A stretch of DNA of 33,081 nt from Octopus sinensis (lineage: Eukaryota), in the NCBI RefSeq assembly GCF_006345805.1, contig NW_021832750.1:1-33081 (forward strand). Direction: 5' to 3'. The notes beneath the pieces were generated by a model. The model ran no database searches, was not told the DNA's origin, and worked only from the letters and a program-made list of their open reading frames with translations. The position numbers were made by a program, and so were the translations under genes. Shown here in pieces: positions 1 to 9,981 of this stretch (position 1 is the stretch's first letter; each line of letters opens with the position of its first letter).

Positions 1-150
1 CTGACTGAAACATTGACTGACTGACTGACTGACTGAAACATTGACTGACTGACTGACTGACAGAAACATAGACTGACTGACTGACAGAAACATAGACTGA
101 CTGACTGACAGAAACATAGACTGACAGACAAACAGATAGATAGAGAGATG
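1..150. repeat. (GACT)n tetranucleotide array punctuated by GAAACAT, grading into (GATA)n
   Basis: Direct reading: ctgactgaaacattgactgactga... repeated; truncated by the window start. Confidence 0.95.
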
Positions 151-564
151 GATGGGTAGATAGATATAAGCGTGGAGGCAAGGAGCGGAGATTTGTGGTT
201 AAGTTGTTGCACTTGCGCCACCAGGTCCTAATTTCGTTACCCGAGCGGAGTTTTTAATCGAATGTATTATCCCTAGTATTCATTTTTCTAAAAGCCCGTG
301 ACACTTATTGTATTGGACTCCTTTTGCCGTACTGCAAAGTTACGGAAGCGTAAACACTCCAGCATATGTTGTCTAGCGGTGGCAGGAGGACACTTACACG
401 CGCACACACACGCACACAATTTCTTTATTGCCCAGGACGGGCTGACAAAGATAAGAAACAAACAACACATTGGGGACATAGAACGCCCCCTCCAAAAAAA
501 AATGAGAGGGTGAAAATGAAAGATGAAAGTGATGTTGCCCGCCCCATCGGATAACATCACTTAC

Positions 565-846
565 CTGTCCTCTTTTCCTATGTCCTCTTTTTATAGTCTT
601 TCGAAAAATACATAATTCCTTATTTTCACCCCGTACTGTTTTTCTAGTTCTTTTTTTCTTGTCCGGGTCTATCTCCTTTCTTATTAACCCCAACACATTG
701 ATCAGTTCGTTTTCAAGTTCTTTCACTTGATTTCCCCGTTAAAGGCACCTCCATACACTCCTCCTCATCCCAAATATCCGGCCATTCAACTTCACCCCAC
801 TCCCTCAATATTTGCAACAGGTTCTCGTCTTCCTTATCTAATAAAC
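565..846 (-). other. Unidentified protein-like segment (candidate exon or transposon coding relic) with one frameshift
   Basis: The minus strand gives GLLDKEDENLLQILREWGEVEWPDIWDEEECMEVPLTG, then a frame change near 735, then VKELENELINVLGLIRKEIDPDKKKRTRKTVRGENKELCIFRKTIKRGHRKRGQ. It is bounded by cccgctttag|G at 847/846 and CAG|GTAAGT at 565/564. I do not recognise the product. Confidence 0.35.
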
Positions 847-1207
847 CTAAAGCGGGATGGGGGCGATTTTGTAAGTTGTTCTGTGTGTCTGTTCTTTGTT
901 TTCTTGTTTGGTGGGGAGTGGGTAGGTTTTGTGTCTGCAAGGGAATGATAGAACGAAGAGCGGGACACACACACACACATACACACACACACACATACAC
1001 ACACACATGCGAAAACGAAGTAGACCGAGGAAAATGCGGAAGCGACAGGTACAGGAGGAGATTGGGGGGGTGGCTTGAGAAGGGAGGACGCCCAAAACCG
1101 GGCAAGATGGCGAGATGGTGTGAGAGCGGTTGCTATGGCATTGAAGTAGATCCGGCCACTCCGGTTAACGGGGACAAAACCTGAATTCAAAATAATGGAT
1201 GATGATC

Positions 1208-1335
1208 TATACGACGGATTTCATTTAATTTCCGTCTACCAAATCTATACACAAGGCTTTGGTCCTCCTGAGGCTATTGTTGAAAACACGTGCCCGAGGT
1301 GCCACCACATGGTGGAGGAAGTAAGCTTCTCACTA
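1208..1335 (-). mobile_element. SINE family A, degenerate 5' half
   Basis: Reverse complement matches the ggcaccttgggcaagtgtc...gccttgtg...gatttggtagacggaaa segment of the copy at 2188. Confidence 0.8.
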
Positions 1336-1872
1336 GAGAGAGAGAGAGAGAGAGGGAAAGAGAGATGACTATGGGCTCGAATATTTGCAAAAGGGAGAGG
1401 CCATTTCAATATTGTAAAAAAGATTATGTAAGATACTTCGTGTAATATATTCCTAGATAGGCAACTTGTGAATAAACGATGGAATGGTCACGATCGTAGC
1501 GGTTTTGGGCATTGATCTGCTGGGTTAAGTCGATGTAGAACAATAATATAAATACTTCTAAACATCAGAAACTCATTTGTACCTGTGTGTTTCAGCCGAA
1601 ATTGCGAGGATAATATGGTGCTTGAGTGAGGAAAGAAAACTTCGAATGACCCGTTCTTGTTTTCCTTGTTTCGTCTATCTGGATGTTCTCTTGTCCCTTT
1701 TTGTATCGCCTAGCTGTCCGGATGTTTTGCGTTCTTGTTCCCGTATTATACTAGGCTTCAAAGGCAACCAACAACTACATCAAAACATACACGAATGACT
1801 AAAAATATCTGCATAAGTATTTGAAAGAAGAACGATATTATCTGTATAATAAACATTTATTTTCGTTAAATA

Positions 1873-1980
1873 TATTTCTTTACTACCCACAAGGGGCTAA
1901 ACATAGAGGGGACAAACAAGGACAGAGAAACGCATTACACCGACCCCAGTGCGAAACTAGTACTTTATTTATCGACCCAG
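1873..1980 (-). mobile_element. SINE family B 3' part with alpha tail; head replaced by a fold-back
   Basis: tatttctttactacccacaaggggctaaacatagaggggacaaacaagg is the reverse complement of the tail at about 10150-10202. Confidence 0.85.
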
Positions 1981-2187
1981 AAATAAAGTACCAGTTTCGC
2001 ACTGAGGTAACGCAATAATCAAGGGGCCGAACGAGTGGTTACGACGACTGGGATCAAATCAATTCTCTCCAAATGAGACTGTCTGCGTTCGAACAAGCAC
2101 TGAATCTCTATAATTCTATACCATAGGTTCTTTTTTGTCTGTTTCTCCCAGTGTTGTACTTTCTTGTTTATGTGTGGTAAGTAGCTA

Positions 2188-2597
2188 GGCGCAGGTGTGA
2201 CTGTGTGGTAAGTAGCTTGCTTACCAACCAAATGGTTCCGGGTTCAATCCTACTGCGTGGCACCTTGGGCAAGTGTCTTCAACTATAGACTCGGGCCAAA
2301 CAAAGCCTTGTGAGTGGATTTGGCAGACGGAAACGGAAAGAAGCCCGTCGTATATATGTATATGTATATATATGTCTATGTATGTGTTTGGGAATCTGTG
2401 TTTGTCCCCACCAACTTTGCTTGACGACCGATGCTTGTGTGTTTACGTCCCCATAACTTAGCGGTTCGGCAAAAGAACCCGATAGAATAAGTACTAGGCT
2501 TACAAAGAATAAGTACTGGAGTCGATTTGTTCGACTAAGGGCGGTGCTCTAGCATGGCCGCAGTCAAATGATTGAAACAAATAAAAGAAAAAAGAAA
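2188..2597 (+). mobile_element. SINE family A, near full length (tRNA-derived head, internal TA/TG microsatellite, A-rich tail)
   Basis: Head GGCGCAGGTGTGACTGTGTGG (A-box-like), B box GGTTCAATCC at 2241-2250, collinear with 27081-27437, ends ...aaataaaagaaaaaaagaa. Confidence 0.92.
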
Positions 2598-2699
2598 TCC
2601 CAAACACACATGTATTTATGTACACACATACACACGACCGAACGCACATACATTTATGTACACACACACACACACGTCCACACACAAAACATGCACACG

Positions 2700-2820
2700 T
2701 AGGTCCAGGAGTAACTGTGGGGCAAGGAGTTTGCTTCCGAACCAGGTTTAATCTCACTGGGTGGCACCTTGGGTAGGTGTCTTCTAGTACAGCCTCGAGC
2801 CAACCAGAGACTTCTGAATG
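2700..2820 (+). mobile_element. SINE family A, old head fragment
   Basis: ggtggcaccttgggtaggtgtcttctagtacagcctcgagccaacc matches the family A core. Confidence 0.7.
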
Positions 2821-3242
2821 AACTAGCATTGTGTGTGTGTGTTTCTGTGTGTGTTTGTATAGTGTGTTGTGCGTATCTGTGTGTCTGTGAATATGTAAAG
2901 AGAAGCAGACGTTGAACAAGATTTAGAAATAGGGGGAAGAAACGCGTACATATATACATATATGAAAATAAATTAAAAAAGAAACAGAAAAAAGAGAAAT
3001 AGAGGGAAAGTGAAAGTAAAACTAGGAATGAGAGAATGAGAATAAGAGAGGAATACATACGCACAGACATATAGAAGGAGTTAGTGAATGAAAGCTGTGA
3101 GTGAATTGGGAATAAAGTTAGATTGAATTTTCAAAGAGTTCAGAGCTTTTTGTTATTTAGTTATTATTTTACTTTTAATTATCAGATAGACTAAAGATGA
3201 AAGAATAGTTAATGTACACACATAATGAATTGTCAATTAACA

Positions 3243-3728
3243 CTGACATAGATATATATATATATATATGAATGTATAGACATATATATGCATATAGCTT
3301 ATATATATATATATATGTGTGTGTGTGTATGTGTGTGTATATATGTGTGTATGTATGTGTATATATATGTGTATGTATATGTATATATATGTGTATGTAT
3401 GTATATGTGTATGTAAGTGTATATATATGTATGTGTGTATATATATATGTATGTGTGTGTATATATATATGTATGTGTGTGTATATATATATGTGTGTGT
3501 GTGTATATATATGTGTGTGTGTATATATATGTATGTGAGTGTATATATATGTATGTGTGTGTGTATATATGTATGTATATACATGTACATATATATATAT
3601 ATATAATATATAGATGTGTGTGTGTATATACAAGCACACATATATACATATGCATAGATGTGTGTGTACATGCATATATATATATATATATACATATATA
3701 TATACATATGTATACATGTGTGTGTACA

Positions 3729-3803
<75 letters not shown>

Positions 3804-3808
3804 TGTGT
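3243..3808. repeat. Compound (TA)n/(TG)n/(TATG)n microsatellite
   Basis: Direct reading. Confidence 0.97.
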
Positions 3809-4486
3809 CTTTGTCTGTGAACGCAGTGAGTATAATTTGTGCTTGTAAGTTGTATTTTTTATTTTTGAATTTCTTTTTTTTTTGCGTGTCTGCTTGTGTG
3901 TCTGTATGTCCTTGAGTGTGTAAAGCTGTAAAGCAAAATGAAAGTTAAGTATAAGATGGTGAATAATTCTATATATTACCCCTGATAACCCGGCATAACA
4001 CAGCCATTTAAACATCAATTTAAAACAGACAAATACGCCTTAACTTATTCTTATAGCATTCAATATAAAGCAATTAAAGATGACAAAACTTTTCCCTAGC
4101 AAATTCTCAATTCTCTAGGGAAATAACTGAATGAGTTTGATATTCTATTACTTAATTCCGAGAATAGAATTAATCTTAATAAAGCTGCCCCCAAATGAAT
4201 CTATTGTTAATAAATATAAGAAATTAAAATTTTGTAAGAATAAAAAAAATTTATATATATAAATATATATTAAGAACAAAACAAAAGACAAGCAGAAATA
4301 TTTGTAATATAAATATAAATAAAAAGTATGTTCCCTTCAATGAGAAATGAGTAAAAGCAATTCTTTTAAGTGCATATTAACTGTTTTCTTCCATTTTGTC
4401 TTTGCTCATTTTCACATATACGCCATTTTTTTCTTTTTGTTTTAACTTAAATGTTAGCAATTATTACTCTTAACATTTATCATTAA

Positions 4487-4541
4487 CATTATTATTATTA
4501 TTATAATAATTATTATTATTATAATTATTATTATTATTACT
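4487..4541. repeat. (ATT)n microsatellite
   Basis: Direct reading. Confidence 0.95.
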
Positions 4542-5850
4542 ATTCAGTAGTCTTAATTTTATTGAGTGATTTCACCGCACTACTGAGCAGTTGTGCGTAG
4601 CTTGGGTGTCTGCCCTGTTATATTTCTTCATTTATGAGTCTACTTTGTTTTAAGTGTTCTACGCATAATGTAAAGCCTATTAGTATTGTTCTTTTTTTTT
4701 TTTGTCTAGGCTATGAATATTTGTGAAGCCTTAGGTTTTGGCTACACATTAGTTCGCAAGCCATTGGCTTTTAAAATCACTCTCAAAGACCCTATTATTA
4801 TAAAAATTTCCTCGATCCTTCATTCAAGTCTTATATCTTCATCCAATGGAATTGTGCCTTCGATAAAAATTCATCTCCTAATCTGAACTTTCTCGATAAC
4901 AAAAACTTACACCGTCTCAGGTTGTTTAGGTCTACTCAGTTAAACATAGTACACAGTTAACACCAGTTATTTTAAACGTACAAGACTATATCGAAAATCA
5001 CATTATCCTTCATATACACGTGTTAATTTTCAAAGAATCGTGGGTTTCGAGAAAAATATATCTTCTATTTCTAGCATTTCAATCAGGTCCTCAGTGCCCA
5101 ACCTTTTTCTGGTGAGAGAAAAACTCGATATTTAGCGTGTTATTGTTATTAATGATGTCAACAGTAATTTTATAATTCTAACTGTTGGAATTAATTTGGG
5201 TAATTTTCCTATTATTTAATGAAAATTTCTACTCCTAGGTAATTTGCGTCAAAAATTAATTACATAGAAGAATTTTAAACTGAAGGAAAACACGACAAAA
5301 ATTTTTATAACAATTCTATCGCCAGAAAAATAATCAGGATTTTAGGATAAAATGTAATAGCGTTGCTCTGATTTGAATACTACCTAAAATTTCGGAGTTG
5401 TACATATGTAGAAATTTGTTGGTCAGGGATTGTGTATTAAAACCGAAGTAATTAAATATGGATGAGTTATTAAAAAATTATCCAAATAACTTTTGATTTC
5501 ATTTTGCTTTTAATTGTTGAAGTACCAAAATATTCGTTCCACAATTAATTCCTGGTTATTGACACAAATCCACTGGATTACCAGCATTACTGTTGGGAAA
5601 ACTGCTCTGGAACATTAGCAATTAAAGAAAAATGTGAACAAGAATGTTATCAAATATCCATTATGTATTAAACTTAACGATCACGCACGCGCGCTTCTAA
5701 ACATTCATTTTCTCATAACACCAAAGTAACAAGAGTTTCATTAACTATAGCAAATATCGCATTGGTCCGAAAATAATACGTTAAACTATTTCATAGATTT
5801 CTGACCTAAAGACTTTGAACCTTATTCAATAGTAAAATATTGACTTACGG

Positions 5851-5939
5851 TTTTGGCACAAGACTTTAAAAAGACCTTTCGGGGGAGTCGATTACATCGA
5901 CCCCAATGTTCAACTGGTAACCAATTTATCGACCCCGAA
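5851..5939 (-). mobile_element. SINE family B fragment, gamma-type tail
   Basis: ttttggcacaag...agtcgattacatcgacccc...caactggta...tttatcgaccccgaa. Confidence 0.75.
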
Positions 5940-6840
5940 TCTTGGATCTATATAGTTGTATGTGTGTTTGAGTGGAGTAGTAAATAGGTTGTTGTGGTAG
6001 AGAACTCTTTTGGAGGAATTTTTATTGCTTAAATTTGAAAACGCAACTAAAGTTAGTCAGCTTCACAGATGTTACCCTCCACCCGGAGTCCAGTATCTAT
6101 AAATTCATAAGAAAGATAACGAAAAAAATACAGAGTATACATAAACAATCTAACCACCCCAATATAGAGACGAGTACCAACGCTTCCCTTTAGCATGCTT
6201 AAATAATTCAAAAAGGATATCTTTACATGAAATCATTGATAGCTTTTATTTAACATACAAATTTTTAAAAAAATTATGCACCAATGCGGTGCTTAGCACT
6301 CACTCTCATTGTTCGACATTAGCATCAACTTTGCACTAGAAATCCATTGTTAGTTTGTTTACGTTCATGTAATTTAATAGTTCAGACAAAGGGACTGATG
6401 TAATAATTACTGAAGGCGATTGGAATGTCCGACCAATACCACAAAGCGGTGATCCATCATGGCTGCAGTTAAATGAGGGAGGTAATTAGGATATAAAAAT
6501 AGCCATTTTGCTTTCTAAAATAATAGCTTCTGTGTTTGTTTTTTTATTTCAAAATATTTACTGGTGTTGTTAAAGAAATTTAATTATACAATGGAAATGC
6601 TGTATTTTCAAATATTGCAATGATGTTTGTACGCTGTTTGTCTTTTATCACAATATTGGAAGTAAAACAGTTACTTCCATAAATATTTCACTGTTTTCCA
6701 TTGATATTTTCGATGTATTATGATTGTTACTATTTTATCTTCCAGCTTAAAACAGCTGAAATCTAATAGATCTATATGCAACGAAATCACATTTTTACTC
6801 TTTCGTTGCGTTATATCCAGAGAGGATTGCAATAGCTAAT

Positions 6841-6979
6841 TCTTTTCTACTCTAAGCACAAGGCCCGAAATTTTCTGGGAGAGGGTCAGTCGATTACATA
6901 TTCCCCAGTACGAAAGGATTAGAGATAAAGTCGACCTCGGCAGAATTTGAACTCAGAACGGAAAGACAGACAAAATACC
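6841..6979 (-). mobile_element. SINE family B, beta tail, 5'-truncated at GGTATTT (second unit of a dimer)
   Basis: tcttttctactctaagcacaaggcccgaaattt...aaagtcgacctcggcagaatttgaactcagaac...aaaatacc. Confidence 0.85.
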
Positions 6980-7209
6980 TATTTCTTTATTATCCACAAG
7001 GGGCTAAACATAGAGGGGACAAACAAGGACAGACATTGGTATTAAGTCGATTATATCGATCCCAGTACGTAACTGGTACTTATATAATCGACCCCGAAAG
7101 GATGAAAGGCAAAGTTGTCCTCGGCGGAATTTGAACTCAGAACGTAGCAGCAGGCGAAATACTGCTAAGCATTTCACCCGGCGTGCTAATGTTTCTGCCA
7201 GCTCGCCTC
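6980..7209 (-). mobile_element. SINE family B, full length, alpha tail (first unit of a dimer)
   Basis: Reverse complement contains A-box-like TGGCAGAAAC, B box GAGTTCAAATTCC and the alpha tail. Confidence 0.92.
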
Positions 7210-7300
7210 TTTTAACTAATTCATTCATTACTTCACTTCCCTTTTACTTCTCTTACTATCACTTACGCATTGTCTATATATATAAATATATATATATATA

Positions 7301-7497
7301 GGGCGAACTGGCAGAATCGTTAGGAAGCTGGACAAAATGCTTAGCGGCATTTCGTCCGTCGCTACGTTCTGAGTTCAAATTCCGCTGAGGTCGACTTTGC
7401 ATTACATCCTTTTGAGGTAGACAAATTAAGTACCAGTTGCTCACTGGGTCGATAAACACGACTATTCTCCTCCCCTAAATTTCAGACCTTATGCCTC
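7301..7497 (+). mobile_element. SINE family B inserted after (TA)n
   Basis: gggcgaactggcagaatcgttag...gagttcaaattccgctgaggtcgactttgc...aaatttcagaccttatgcc. Confidence 0.9.
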
Positions 7498-7845
7498 TAT
7501 TAGTGAGTATGCTTACACACACACACACACATATACTTATGTACGTAAGTAAATACATATATGCATACAGTTTCTTTTTTGTTTAGAAAATTATTTTCTA
7601 AGTTTAATTTCATTATGCAAATAGTTTTAGGTGTTGTGTGATTAGCATTCAATTTATTGTATTTAAAGCAGCATCCAGAGATTAGTTGTGAAGACAATAT
7701 ATATCTTTAACTATCTCTGTATGTGTCCAGGGTGGTGGTGGTATATCTGCATGTATACGTCTGTTAGTAGGTATGTGTACGTATATAGGTTCCTTTTATT
7801 CGGTGTTCCATCCCAAAGACTGTGATTACGTAGCGATATACACAC

Positions 7846-7847
7846 AA

Positions 7848-7890
<43 letters not shown>

Positions 7891-7960
7891 GATTAACTTT
7901 ATATATATATATAAATATACACACATGCATATAAACACACATACACACACACACACACAC
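7846..7960. repeat. (CA)n/(TA)n microsatellite
   Basis: Direct reading. Confidence 0.95.
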
Positions 7961-8410
7961 CAGTACATACACAGGCACACACAGACAGATGCCATTTTTT
8001 TTACTGCTATAAAAGTAAAAATAGTTATTTAGCACACGAAATGAAAATATACATTTTCCTCAACAAAAGAGGAAATAAGAGTCTTATAGCATAAAAACAA
8101 ACAAACACACACACAACACACATAGCAGAGATTTATACATAAATCTCCTTTTGTGTGACTTGTCTTCATTGAGGTCATTTTAATTCACGCTTTAATTAGA
8201 TACTGAAAATGGTAATCCTTCAAATCTACACAAGCAAATCGTACATCTATTTAATATACATTTCTTCGTTAACACTTTAGATGCAATCGGATGATTTATC
8301 GACTTAATTACTTACATTTAATTTCCATACCAATAAAATTATTTAGGGAAAACATAGAACCCTTAAGGTGAATGCAATCCCTTTTACCTTCTCACTAGTA
8401 ATTAATGATA

Positions 8411-8748
8411 GTTTCGAATTTTGGCACAAGGCCACCAATATTGCGACCCTCGAAAGGATGAAAGACCATGTGGAACTCGGTGGAACTTGAATTCAGAAAA
8501 TAAAGACACATGAAATGCTGCTAAATATTTTGCAAATGGTTTCGAATTTTGGCACGAGGTCAGCAAGTTCAGGCGGGGTGGAGTAGGGGAGCGATTTGAT
8601 TACACCGACTCCAGTTCTCTACTGGCACTTATTTTAAATGATAAAAGATAAAGTCAACGCAGGCAGAATTTGAACACAATGCAAATTACGGACGAAATTC
8701 CACTAAGCGTTTTGTCCGGCATGCTAATGATTTGGCCAGCTCACCGCT
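8411..8748 (-). mobile_element. Two tandem old SINE family B copies with gamma tails (8411-8533 and 8538-8748)
   Basis: Both begin gtttcgaattttggcac(a/g)agg in forward reading; the second ends ...ccagctcaccgc. Confidence 0.8.
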
Positions 8749-8781
8749 TTGAAGAAAGTACGAGTGAGTGCTGAAAAGATG

Positions 8782-8890
8782 TTAGCTTTAAAGGAATTGC
8801 GAAATGCCTGGTTGGAGGCCTAACCGTCCAAGTTCCTTTACAGGGCATAATGAAACTGAAGGACTGCTGCAATAAGTGTGTGAATGTAAT
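8782..8890 (+). mobile_element. Possible mariner transposase C-terminal relic
   Basis: With one frameshift it reads LALKELRNAWLEA*PSKFLYRGIMKLKDCCNKCV, resembling the mariner C-terminal pattern W...Q...F...GI.KL..RW.KCV. Short and decayed. Confidence 0.4.
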
Positions 8891-9104
8891 AATTCCATAA
8901 TTAAATGATTCTTAAACCCAAATCCAAGAACTTTTCGTACATAGGGATGAAATATCCCTGGGTGGGTTTGAAACACTGAACCTATATCAGAAAATTAAAT
9001 TATTATTTGTTATTTGATTACAAGATCTTATATTTCAATATATACGAATTAATTAAACCGAGTGCCAATCACTTATAGGCCCCTTACGTAAAGTATCAGT
9101 GTAA

Positions 9105-9140
9105 ATAATAATAATAATAATAATGATAATAATAATAATA
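9105..9140. repeat. (AAT)n microsatellite
   Basis: Direct reading. Confidence 0.95.
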
Positions 9141-9313
9141 ACATCGAAAAATTCTAAGGAGCGACAACACAGGTTCGAAACTTCCCCAAGACACCTGAAG
9201 AAGGCTAGAAGAAGGCTGCCGAAACTTTGTGTTAACAACAAACAAGATGAGGACAATTATCGTCGAATGTGAATAATGTACATAATTCCTCATCTCTTAA
9301 ATATAGAACTGTA
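9141..9313 (+). mobile_element. Penelope-like element terminal fragment containing a hammerhead-like motif
   Basis: GACAC-CTGAAGA...GAAAC...GTGTT core. Minimal hammerheads are an established feature of Penelope-like element repeats; no ORF is present. Confidence 0.55.
9190..9233 (+). ncRNA. Degenerate minimal type I hammerhead ribozyme
   Basis: Helix I GACAC/GTGTT, core CUGAAGA at 9195-9201, helix II GGC/GCC, GAAA at 9221-9224; helix III has a mismatch (CT where CG is expected). Confidence 0.55.
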
Positions 9314-9358
9314 TGTAACCTTTTCTTGTTAAACAGAGAAATAAGAGAATGCATTAAA

Positions 9359-9372
9359 TATATATATGTATA

Positions 9373-9412
<40 letters not shown>
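9359..9412. repeat. (TA)n microsatellite
   Basis: Direct reading. Confidence 0.95.
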
Positions 9413-9417
<5 letters not shown>

Positions 9418-9981
9418 TGTACTTGCATAGCGAGTGACTTGTGTGTGTATATATATATAACTAGCTTAAAAGCTGCACTCCGTACCGGCTTTTAGGTTAG
9501 CTCATGCGTAGGGCTGATTGGACCCAAAACTAAGGTGAGGTAAATAGCATGACTATAATGCATCTATACTGACTATATGCCTCGGTGGTGTTTGAAGGAC
9601 GGATGGTAATTAATTCCGTAAATCAATCATTCTATTGAGTTGAATTCCAGCTGTTGGCCAATCCGTCCCGAAGTTCTCGATGTAAAATTTAATGAAGCGA
9701 ATGTCATTAATCTCTATATTGATATCTGACGTCATCTGACCAACGCCGACAAAGATGACTTGAATCAGCCAAGCGTTACCTGCTAGAAATAGCAACACCA
9801 ATGCTTTTAAATCAGATCCCAATGCTAATTGTGCAAGAACTAAATGAAGGGCAGATCTTCAATCCAAGGATCATCCTGATTACAAAAATGTATAATACGT
9901 CTATGTAGAACAAATGTAGAGTGAGATATAGGGGTCCCAGACGGAAAGACAGTATTTCGCGTTTATTATTATAGATGCCAA

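Noticed and set aside
733-1174. 10-bp inverted match tccccgttaa / ttaacgggga
   Set aside because: Too short, with no target-site duplication; compatible with chance.
2188-2260. SINE heads as tRNA genes (also 9982, 18261, 27081)
   Set aside because: They have A/B-box-like motifs but no complete cloverleaf, and they continue into SINE bodies.
4713-4886. 57-codon ORF after a strong-looking acceptor (poly-T...ctag|G at 4709)
   Set aside because: No recognisable protein and no convincing downstream donor; such signals are common in AT-rich DNA.
4760-4900. Possible RTE-like peptide on the minus strand (IEKVQ...GTIPLDEDIRL..RIEE)
   Set aside because: Similarity is too weak and interrupted by stops to support by eye.
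5091-5110. hAT-like terminus cagtgcccaaccttttt
   Set aside because: No matching second terminus or 8-bp target-site duplication was found.
9610-9822. 70-aa ORF with a signal-peptide-like N-terminus
   Set aside because: The hydrophobic start overlaps what looks like an old SINE-tail fragment (acctgctagaaatagca), and the rest has no recognisable homology.
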